From Chlorokybus atmophyticus (Eukaryota > Plantae > Mesostigma and Chlorokybus algae), in NCBI GenBank assembly GCA_009103225.1, contig RHPI01001737.1, positions 62,001 through 126,000 of the forward strand: a stretch of DNA of 64,000 nt. Direction: 5' to 3'. Below are positions 39,707 through 50,496 of the stretch, piece by piece. Position 1 is the stretch's first letter. Every line of letters begins with the position of its first letter. The position numbers and the translations under genes were made by a program. A model generated the notes under the pieces. It made no database searches. It worked only from the letters and a program-made list of their open reading frames with translations, and was not told the origin of the DNA.

Positions 39707-42564
39707 GGTGTGTATGTGGATTGTATTGCGGGATGTGGCGTTTCACTTGTGCTGCGTGGACTGCTGTGTTGCAGAAATGTGCAGAGTGCGCACTGGCATG
39801 TCGTTGCACAAGTGAAGCGCATGAGATGTACATGACTCTTGGCGTGTGATGCTATGTTAGCCCTTTAGATCAACAACGCAATAGCACAATAAGGCACACA
39901 TGTTTGCTCTCTACCATGCTTGAAGCTGGTGGGGGAGTGCTAGAGGGCGGGGGCATTGCATACACCACAACATAGCACTTGGCCAAGTGTTGCAAGTACA
40001 GCGACTACACCAGGAGACAAGATAAACCCTTCGGCGGTAGAGACGTTTGGCAATCTCGAGGCTTCTTACCATGAGCTCAACCCATCATGCGCGCTGTGTG
40101 GTTAAGCACAGGGGATTGCATGCGACCCGTAAAAGACGCTACACATGGACCATTGGCAACTTAAGGCAGCTGGCATGCCAAGGGCAATAGCACCAGAAAC
40201 AACAGCAACAAACACTGGGAACCAACTAACGACGGGGGGGCCCTCTACTCTAATTAAGTGCTACCTAAACCAGAGGGAGGAGGGGGAAGGGAGAAGAACA
40301 ACAGAAGCATGGGTCGAGGATCACCTGCCAGCACCGCGCAGGAGCGTTAGCCCAAGTCCACGCCGCGCCGCAGCAAGCACGACAACCTCTATGGCCCTCA
40401 TGTGCAACGCCTGCCACCAGAGCTTGCAAAGGCCTGCCGTCACTCACAGCGGCTGCCATGTTAGCGTTGGGTGAAGAACGCACACAGTCAGGAAGCGGCG
40501 CAGCGTACACCAGGGCATCACACGCATTTCTTGGGCTTTGTGTCCATGTACAGGCAGCGGATTGCTTGTGCTCTGTTTTGGGCTCAAGGTGTAAATGTTA
40601 GCTCGGTGGTGGAACTACTTAGTGAGGTGTGTACTGGGTAGGCAGCTACGCATGTGAAGTAGTGTGCATGCGATGTTGGAGTGCTATGCATGTTGCATGG
40701 TGTTGCGTGTGCACAACAGCACGTCATATATTATGTATACAAACACAGCATGTGTTGAGAATCCTCGCTCTATTTCCCATGTGTATTCATCGTGAGCGGG
40801 TGAAAGGTGTCTCTCAGCGGGTGGTCATCATACTTGCAACACTTGACCGCTTCTGCTAAGAGCACCTGCAAGTAAATTGTCACTTTGCATACATCACTTA
40901 TGCATATCCTTGCACTGTCGTTGCTTATGCTTTACAATCACACACCTAAACTGAACAATACGTGTATAGCTTACAACAACTTGGCTTGCAAACCGTGAAT
41001 CTCAATACCACGTCGCATCATGTGCGTTGCATAAGCTGCACACACCATGTATATTAAAAAGATACAAAACTGTGCTCCGCCCCGATGACAACAACATCAT
41101 ACAGCTCATATGCGACGCATCGACAGCATAACAGGCAGTTATAAGTAGATGAGCCATTGATTCATACGCATTGGTGTTGTACAATCCGTCATCATGTGAC
41201 ACAAACACAACATGTATTCATGTATTGCGTCACATTGCATGGATGCACACAAGTATTGCAAATCACATGCCTGAATTCGTTGTACCCTTCAGTGCTTGTC
41301 ATCTGTTTGCAATAATGCTATTACCTGTTGTTGGATGATATCACCCCCACCCCAACCACCCCTACCCCACCCCACTTCGTTGCGGCAATGTGAGAGGGAG
41401 ACGAATACCAACCAACCGCATCTCTTGCTCACTCAACTGCATCCGGCATTGAGGTTTAACCAGCTAGTACAGCAATCCTAACTGAGCAAAAACGCGCGCA
41501 GCGGCGGTTTCCGCGATGAAGTCAAGTCCCATGGGTGACGTGGGAGGATTAACGCTGTCTGTACCTGCGCTCCGCCAATCACCTGCTGCCATGCCCTAAA
41601 CAGCTTGATCATCTGCAAGATCCTCGCGCCCTGCGTCACCAGTGGGTTCTAGCCGACGATCCTCACTGCTTCTACCCCTCCAGGAGACGGCTTCCGCGAT
41701 AGTGTCTGGATGGTTCTGACTGGAAATGACAGAACATTTGAAACTACAAAAGCTCCGCATTGCTAGTGTACAATAGGCTTGGGCCCGGTATGTTACACAT
41801 GCAATTCGCTGTCTCCCCTCCCATCTGCTCGCTTTGCCCACGATGAAGCACAGAATGAAGCACTCATGCAACAAGTGACTTCAGTAATATCGATGCAATG
41901 ATACTTCAGATACATGTTTATTTATTTAACACCCTTATCGTTAAGTTGGAGGCTGAATGCGGCGTTGCAAAGATTGGATATAGATGGTGATGCGATATCC
42001 ACCACTTGATTCGATCTATCATAATATCGCCATTATTGCGTTTACCTTCCTGACAATATCATGAAATGCCACGAAATAGGCGTTGTGATGACAATAATAA
42101 ATTAACGATATGGCAACACAGCCGCGACGGCAACGGAGGCGCGATGGGACGGCGCCGACTTTTTAAGGTGTTATGGATCTTCTCATTGACAGCCTAGTAA
42201 TAATAATGTACAAGCGACAAAAAGATAAATGAATGTATTGATTGGTACAGACCAATGCCGATAGGCAGCTACATGGTACTTCATACACCGGATTCACATT
42301 ATCACTCATGCTTCAGACCAAGCCCATCCCTACAAGTCGTGCTTGGTTATGTTTCTTTTACATATTTTGATATTTATAATTATTCTCTTTAATTCATTCT
42401 CTACCTTTTCTCATCAATGTTCACCGCTTGCATGTTGCTTCAAGCATAGCTCATTGTTGTTGCGCTACCATATATTCCCAACTGTGGTTTGGATGTAGGT
42501 TTGGGTTTGGGTTCAGGGTGCAAATGCATCCCCATGGTTGCGCATTTGTGGCACAACCTTACAG

Positions 42565-45545
42565 TTAGCTGCATGGTGTCCTGACGCAGCAGCACAACGC
42601 GTGGCACACATAATCTTGGGAGGCCACCAGGTTGGCGGGTGATGTCGGGAGTTTAACACCGTGTGTGCCTGCAAGCACGCAACCGTTAGCGGGCATGGCG
42701 TGCACCAAGTTGATGTCTATACGCTTCCGCGAAGATGTCGCGCCCTGCGTCACCAACTCGTCATCTAAAGTCCAAACCTCTTGTCGCCAGTCCTTGCTCA
42801 TTGAAAGCACACGCTTGGGTTGCCCATACTTGAGGGACGATACGCGTGTGGCGCCAGCAATTGCGTATTGTCAAGGGAGTGATTTCGCCCCATGCCTCCT
42901 TGCTCCACATGATTGCATCGCGCGCATTGACCGGAACCTTCCTTAAGTCCATTGTGGGGTCCGCTTCATGGTGTTGAATAATGTGTGCTGGCAGCTTGCG
43001 CTTGTATCTATGAGAAGATCGAACGCCCATCAGCGTTTATGTGTCACTACACACCGTGCATGTGTTCACACCTCACCTTGTATGCGGCAATGATGCCGGC
43101 ATCAAAAGGTTGCACCTCAAAGGTTGTGTTTGCTGGCAAAAACAAGCAAGTCACATGAGACAAGTACAAAGTCTTTAACCCATTCTGCGTGCCCGCCACG
43201 GCCTTCGCGCATTGATGTGTCGATGAATTAACCAATAGCAAGAGCACCTTGCGCTTGGCCTGCTCCATCTCATAATTGAAACTTGGCAACCAAGATGAGA
43301 ACACCTGCCAGCACGGCAACAACAATGCATATGCTATAGTGCAAGCATGCATGTGTGCGCGCCAGCTGCAAAGCATACACTCAGCACGCACGCACGCTTA
43401 CATACAAGGTGCTATGCTGCAGCATGCACGCAAGTACGCATGCACACGCGCATGCATGCTCGTTCATGCGGAGGTGCTGTGCTGCAACACTCACTTGACT
43501 TTGTGGAATTACCTTGCTGTTCATTCACGCAGTAGCATTGCGTGTACATGACGCCTACTTGATTGGGACGCCATGCTCCAAAGCAATGCGGCTTCTTTAA
43601 GGTCCCAATCAACAACATAGGGCGCTTGTCTGTGCCAAGTGCATTGCAGCATAGCATCAACGTGAAGCGAGTAGGGCTTTCTTCAACCCTTTGATCTTCT
43701 TCCCTATCTTTGCCAGCGTCTTTGATGTACGCAGTTAGATGTACAAAGCCATCTCGTCCATGTTATACACATCCTCTGGATCATACTCACCAAGAACTGC
43801 AACAACGATGCATGCACACATGCTACTTCCCGTAGGCAGGTGCATGCAACAGTTACTTGGAGGCAAGTCCGTCCATGCGTGCTGCACTCCCTCTTAATCA
43901 GCATTTCAACTCTCTCCATAAGCAGTGAAAGACTTATCAAATAATGCCAAAGCGATTCTTGCATCTTCTCAACCAACCACTGAAACGCCAAATGTATCTG
44001 GAAGCTTCATGAGGCTTGCAAACACGCGCGCTTTCTCCATCACAAGCAGACCCGAGATGCATGTATTTGTTGCGATAGCATGCTCAAACCACACGTTCAT
44101 AGCATTGTCCAGCACTAGATAGCAGCCCAAACGCATGCGTTTGCTGCTGGTTGCCATGTGCCCAGCAGTGTTAGCACGTTCAATGATAACATCACCATCC
44201 TTGATGTCACAGCCCACACGTTCGACCACAAAAGACTTGGTGCTTTTATGGTCGATTTGTGGAATCTAATGTACCTTCCCGTTACATTCCCCCCACTTAA
44301 GAACGCTGACGTCCTTGGCAGCTGGCTCGCATCAGCTGGGGAATCATCCCAGGGGTCTGATTAGGGTCGGTCACCAGCCCCACCGCCCAAGGACCGGCCA
44401 ATTTAGGCCCATACCGGTCAACGCGCGCACATCGCGCCGCTGCCGGCCCCACAGGTCGCGTCGTCGCAATAGGCAGGTCGCGCCCTTCCGCGCCGACTGA
44501 GCTGGTCAGTTCGACGCGACTGCCATCAGGCAAGTCGCGACCCATCGATGATGGCACTTATAATGTGACCATTTACGATGTTATTGGATCGAGAAACAAC
44601 AACCGCGGAAAGTGTGCAAGGCAGGAATCAAACCCGGGTCTCAAGCTCCGATACCAACGTCACAGCCCACTCAACCACAAAAGACTTGGAGCTTTTATGG
44701 TCGATTCATGTAATTTAATGTACCTTCCCGTTAAACTTTAGCAGTCGAGAGACAACAAATTGGCATAGCTCAAAGCTCAAGTCCTTCTTGATTAGCGCAA
44801 GCTGATCAGCCTGATTTTTAACATGCAGATAACTTCTGCACAATTGTACAAGCCGCTTCGTATCCCATACACTTAGTGCCGTACGTTATGACGCCATGCC
44901 TGCTGTGCAAACCATGGTTGGAATGATGCATGCAAATGTGACAAACATGGGCGGCAAAATGCATGCAGCATGCGCATCTTACATTACACGACACTCATAG
45001 CAGAAATCAATTTGATAATACAAGTGCAAGACAAAGCTGCATGTCAATAGAGCACAACAACGCACTGAAGCAGTGAGATGAGTTCGCCTGCAAATTAAAG
45101 GCGGCAGCACACAGAACCCACATAACACTTGCACTATACACATCACTGTTAGAACAAAAGTGTTACTTTTGATGACTTCCTCCGCTCCTGGGCCCAAGCC
45201 CTCCTCCTGCCTCCTCCGCTGCCACCGCAAGGTTGGGCCATGACGTGCAGGGGACACAAGGCGCCGCCGCGAGACACGCAAACCGTAAGTTGATGTCAAT
45301 ATCGGCAAGGAGTCTTTAGATCTGATCGATATCTGCATGCACACATAACTTGTGCGTGAATAAACCCTGATCCTCACCGATAAAAGCTTATGAAGTCGGG
45401 TTTTATGCAATCTAAATTATATCACAACCGCTAGTAACATTGCTTATTGGTGATGAAATAGCTGGAGGGCCGTTTGGGACGCAGCAAATTATGCAAGTAA
45501 CGGCAAAATCTCACTATTGGTTATGCTCATAACGGCGCTTGACTG
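42565..45545 (-). mobile_element. Decayed pogo/Tigger-like (Tc1-mariner superfamily) DNA transposon with an intron-containing DDE_1 transposase pseudogene; left boundary not established
   Basis: HTH_Tnp_Tc5-like KRMR...WF...EKARVFA; PMLLIGTLKKPHCF; KVLLLLVNSSTH...FLPANTTFEVQPFDAGIIAAYK; AWGEITPLTIRNCW. Right end reads TA|CAGTCAAGCGCCGTTATGAGCATA on the minus strand. Stops and frameshifts present. Confidence 0.85.
44205..44735 (-). mobile_element. TRIM (miniature non-autonomous LTR retrotransposon), 531 bp
   Basis: Direct repeats 44658-44735 (5' LTR) and 44205-44286 (3' LTR, TGTAAC...GTGACA); PBS TGGTATCGGAGC (44645-44656, iMet-like); PPT AAGTGGGGGGAA (44287-44298); near-perfect 5-bp TSD cttga/cttta. 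Confidence 0.9.
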
Positions 45546-46090
45546 TATATATGTATATGTATATGTGTGTACATATATATATATATATATATGTGTGTAT
45601 ACATATGTGCACATATATGTACATAAGTACATATATATATATATATATATATATTTATATGTATAAGTACATATATAGATAAATATATATGTGTGTACAT
45701 ATATATATGTGTGTGTATACATATATATATATATGTGTGTGTGTGTATACATATATGTTTATTAATATATATGTACACACATATGTGTATATATATATAT
45801 ATATGTGTATACACATATGTGTGTGTGTGTGCTTGTATATATACATATATATGTATATGTCTATATATTGATGTGTGTTGGAGTGTGTGTATTTATAAAT
45901 AGGTTTATGCACATATATGTGTATATGTATACATATACATATACATGTATACAAATATATATACGTGCGTGCGTGTTTATGCGTGTGTGTGCGTGTGAGT
46001 GCGTGCGTGTCCATGCGCGTGCGCGTGCGCGTGCGCGCGTGTGTGTGTGTGCGCGTGTGTGTGTGCATGCGCATGCGCGTGTGTGTGTGT
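45546..46090. repeat. Composite (TA)n/(TG)n/(CG)n microsatellite
   Basis: About 550 bp of alternating purine-pyrimidine dinucleotides, starting exactly at the TA next to the pogo TIR. Confidence 0.97.
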
Positions 46091-46177
46091 GGCAACAAAG
46101 CCAAAAATACGCATGTGCAAGCTTCATGAATAAATGATTGCACAACTGATCAACGTCGTTGCACCAAATTGCCTAAG

Positions 46178-49100
46178 CTATTCTCCAACATCTTTCCTGT
46201 TCTTGGGGCGCAACACTTCAGTCAGTTCTGCTACAGTACATGGTCTGGTGCATTTGCCATTTGCAATTGACTTGTGCTGCTCTTGCCGCTGGTGATCCAA
46301 CTGTTGTGCGGCCATGTCTTCGCTGATGTTTCGCGATACCACCAACTCCTTAAGCTTAGCTTTATTCAGTACATTGCGCGTGCCGTATTGCTTTCGCTCA
46401 TCGTCACAACGCCAAGTGGACGTGAACTTGTCATCGAAGTTGCGGATTGCCGGCCCACCACCTATGCCCGTCGTGTATTCTTGCCACACCGCCACCACGG
46501 TGGGTAAGTAAACCTTCATTCTATACTTGGTAGGTACGGAGGTAGCGGCGATAGAAGGTGCTAATTGCCGAGTGACGTTATTGCCTGCCGCTGTTGATGG
46601 ATCAGAAGCACGATTGCCATCATTGGCATGTGCGCGTTTGCGTGGTGATAATGCGGACGGTGCCTCTTCACAAGCAGCTGTTGATGCCACATCTGCAGAC
46701 AAAGACACCCCCATATCGGCACCTAGCTTTCGCACCAAGTCAGCCACAATCTTCACTTCTGCCTGTGTCGCAGCAAAGCCAGCATCAGTAGCTGTAATGA
46801 CATGATGAAGCTTGCAAGCGAAGTCCACAATGCGGTTTTTAGTCATGGTCACCAATGTGTAGTTGCCGCGTATGATGTGCGCGAGCTGTGCGACCACAAC
46901 CAAGACCATTAAGGGGACAGACATGCATTGTACAACATCACGTCAACCAAGCAGTTGTGTGCTATGCATACCCGGTCCAATAGCTGCGCGACTACAACAT
47001 AGACCATTAAGGGGACAGATATGCATTATACAACATAACGTCAACCAAGCAGTTCTGTGCTATACATACCCGGCCCGGCAAATCTTCATATTGCAAATTT
47101 GCATGCGAATTTGCATGCTGCATGAACTGATCATGAGCGGCGGCGACAGTCTTAGCCCACGCATTAAACTGTGGCGTGTGGAACAGATCGTGGTCACAAA
47201 TTGTTGAATTTGTGCAGCCGTATGTGGTACCGTCGCGCAGTTGAACAACCTCGTTGCGCATGATGGAGACATCATCCTAATAAGCAATACACAAGACTCA
47301 CGGATTGCACTTGTTGACAAACATATACACATGCTTACCTGTCCGATGACATCTCGCAGATAGTCCAACATGAGAAGATGCTTGTATGCAGCATAGGCTC
47401 GCACCTCGTTGGACCATTAAAGCAGCTGCAGGAATGCATGTGTAAAGCGTGTGCCAACATCAATACAATGCAACACTTGGCTGCATGTTGCAAAGCAAAC
47501 ACCTCTTACAGTGAGCAACTTATATGCAAAAGAATCCAACAGAAGGTACCTACATGACAGAGGCAAGATGCTCCTCCAGCTGCGGGAAGATGCACTTACG
47601 GATGTTGTCGGGTAAGGGCGACCGGGCCAACACATGCTTATGCTCGTGACATTGATGCCTATAACTTGCTATTACAGCACAAGTATCCACGTGGAGCTGT
47701 TTCACATAGGATTTGTTGAAGTGCTCGTTGTTCCACCGCCCATTCTGCTTGATGCCCTCCTCACTTGCCTTATGAACTCAGTGCTAAGTTGTGCACATCA
47801 AGAGAATGGCACAAAATAGTGCAAACTCACCCGGCATTCATGGCTTGCTGACTCGCTTCTTTGCGCGGGGCATGTACTTTGGCGCGGCCGGTGACGATGC
47901 CACCTGTTTTGATTGCTTTGCAGGACTTCAAGTATTGCTGTTTGTAACTGATAGCCTTTTTCAGTCCTCTCACCCGGAAACAATGGCTCACCATACCTGG
48001 ATACATTAACAATTAAGCATTGTATGCAAGCATGGTGCTATGCGCATGCCCTACTAAGATTGTCGTGATTTAAAGGAAGGGAATGGGCGTTGCGCGATAT
48101 AGTACTTGTGGAAGAATGTGCATGCCACCGCATTGTGCATGTCGCACAATGCGCTACCGTTCACATTGGGATTTCAATGTCGCAACCCTCCGAAGTATTC
48201 AACATTGCCATTATGCACACCAACATAGTGAGATGGTTGTAACAAGTTGTACATGATCAAAGCCCAAACCTTGCACGAAATGCAAATGCACACCTTATTC
48301 ATCTTGCCATTACGCGATACAAAGCAGAGTATCACGCCTTGATCAGGTCCCAAGCACTCCGTCCCCGCATCATACTTGTACAGGTCGCATTATTCTGCTG
48401 CCCTGACAACATCACTGCACGATAGACAAGTAGGACGCATTGCCAGATCCAATCTGCTCATGCACGAAGCAGCTACCAATGTTGACGGTAACACTCCTCT
48501 TGATATACAATGTCTACAAGTTTGCAACGCCGCAACATTGCAGAGTGCATAACAGTTACCGAGCTCTTAACGCAGCGGCTTGCTTCGCTATGTTGGTAGT
48601 GTTTGCACTTTTGTAAAGCCAATACTCGTTCATACTCTGATACTGAGCAGGTGTGTAACTTTTTGCAGCCGCCCCAGCTAACCGATTCTTAAACTCCTTA
48701 TTGATATAAGCAGGTCATACTGGTGTCTTCAAGACAAGCATCAACCTTGGTGCAATTAAAATGACACTTACGGTTTGGCAGTCTCTGATATACTTTGCCG
48801 TCCGGTTCGTAGGATTCATTGAATGATGGGGATGCTGCGCAAGTTATTTGGTATGGTGCCATTGCCGTCTCGCATTGCCCGGTCTTTTGCGGCGTCCTGC
48901 AAACTCTTCATGCAGTTCTCCAACTTGTTCCATGCCCACTCGTGATGCTCAGTCATGAAGCGTTCCACAGTGCTTGCTTCAATGCGAATGGACAATTGAT
49001 GGCAAGTGCACCACTCCTACGGTTGTTCTATGTGTAAGACATTAAGATCCATAACAGTTAGCACTTGCTGTTGCAACAGCAAGTAGACTTGTAATGCTAG

Positions 49101-49700
49101 GCAATTGCCTAGCATTACAACTCTATACCTCATACAATCGCAGCCTCGCTAATATTTCAAACCAGTACAGGCCAGGCGTTCATGTTGTTTTCGCTTCAAA
49201 ATGTTGGTCATTGTTGGCACGCGTGGTGCAGAACTGGGGGATGGAGGCATCCCGCGCTCCTCTGTTTCTTCATCTTCTTGCTCGCTGCTCCTATTGACCT
49301 GCAACGATAGATGGCATCAAAAGTTGTCCTGCAGTACAAGACATTATACCACAAGGCAAGGCTTGCCATGAACGCTTACTTGTATGCCGCCAGCCATGGT
49401 TGCCAATGCCGCCAAAGGCAAAAACACAGAAGATGCATTTAATGCAGATTGCTTGGTCATTTGTGTCGACAGCGCTTGCGCATTTGTTGAGGTGAAAGCA
49501 GGCGCAATGCGCAATGGAGAGAGACTTGAAATCTCTCCATCGTAATGCCCTCTGTTTAACAACTTTGCAACCGTCGCAAATTCAATGCCATCCCCAAAAG
49601 CCTCGGACACGTGTAGCCCTTGCAAGCTGCTTAAGAATCTCACATGATGCAAAGCCATGCGTCAGGCTTTAATGCTGCATTTAATGCATTGCAATAGTTA
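46178..49700 (-). mobile_element. Decayed Crypton-like tyrosine-recombinase DNA transposon (NDC10-II-like YR + C-terminal GCR1_C); intron-containing; termini not defined
   Basis: Manually read: EWC...VERFM (N-terminal), SRNGKMNK, VEYFGGLRH*NP...PFPSFKSR, KVHAPRK...AG|ASEEGIKQNGRWNNEHFNKSY (HxxR and catalytic Tyr), IFPQLE, DHDLFHTPQFNAWA; GCR1_C-like YRMK...TVVAVWQEYTTGIGGGPAI...WR...KQY. Confidence 0.8.
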
Positions 49701-50479
49701 GCAATTGGTGCAGCAAGTGCAAATACACCTACACATTCAACACAATGCATGCGCAATAGTTGCAGCTCTACACACGTACAGAAGAAACGCAGTAGCTGCT
49801 ACTGCAGACACATTTCACACGCTTATGCTGAACAGCTCCGCAATCGCAGACACAAGTGCACACAACTGTTTGCTGACTTGTTTGAAGCCTGTGCGCGCAA
49901 ATGTTAAAGCCCACTAGTCAACCTTCAGTACGCCTTGCATGACCTACACCGCAGCATTTAGGACTTCAAGGACTGAAGTTGACACCGCAACACATGCAGG
50001 CAACTGCTGCCACAATAGTTGGCTTGTCGCAGCAAGTACCTGACTTGCATGCTGGCTGACAAAGCTCCTCTTTGCTGACTCCGCCGCTGCGCCACCCTGT
50101 CATCTGTAAAGCACAAGTTGACCATCAGGGCATGCTGTAGGCTCCGAGCAGCCGCTGACCAAACGAGACATATGCACGCATTTTTAAACAGTTTTATCGT
50201 TGACAAGCACACAAGCGCACAACGCTGCTGCTGACAGTCACACGCCTATGCTAAACGCACACATAAGAGACACAAACATGCACACAACGCTGTCGCTCTG
50301 AAACTTTTAATGCTAGTGCAGAGTCCCATGCCACACACGCACCCCCACACATAGACACACACTTGAGACCAACACACACGTACGCACAGATAAGCATCGT
50401 ATCAATCAACGAACTGATGAACAGCACAAAAACAAGGGTTAAAACACATTAAACTAACCAGTGCCGCCGATTCATTTAC

Positions 50480-50496
50480 ACCCTAACCCTAACCCT
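50480..50496. repeat. Short interstitial telomere-like tract (CCCTAA)n
   Basis: accctaaccctaaccct; a related ggttaggttaggg lies at ~50722. Confidence 0.7.

Noticed and set aside
40021-40140. Possible structured ncRNA/snRNA downstream of CPSF73
   Set aside because: No recognisable U-snRNA, SRP, tRNA or rRNA signature; would need an Infernal/Rfam scan.
42246-42270. Candidate left TIR of the pogo element (TA|cagaccaatgccgata)
   Set aside because: Only about 11/16 match to the right TIR and the GAGCATA core is missing, which is too weak to set the boundary.
44611-44690. tRNA gene or tRNA-derived SINE
   Set aside because: A/B boxes are present, but the acceptor and anticodon stems do not pair. 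The sequence is better explained as a TRIM LTR end, PBS and leader.
45489-46145. Several 60-160 aa ORFs rich in Y/I/H/T/C/V
   Set aside because: Translation artefacts of the dinucleotide microsatellite; the same applies to ORFs over the intronic repeats at 36887-37490 and 37780-38227.
49344-49658. Second tyrosine-recombinase box (LHHVRF...VAKLLNRGH...LATMAGG) upstream of the Crypton YR
   Set aside because: Spacing does not fit HxxR-(H/W)-Y and there is no Tyr at the expected position. It appears to splice into the Crypton ORF as an unassigned N-terminal exon. An HHpred search would settle it.
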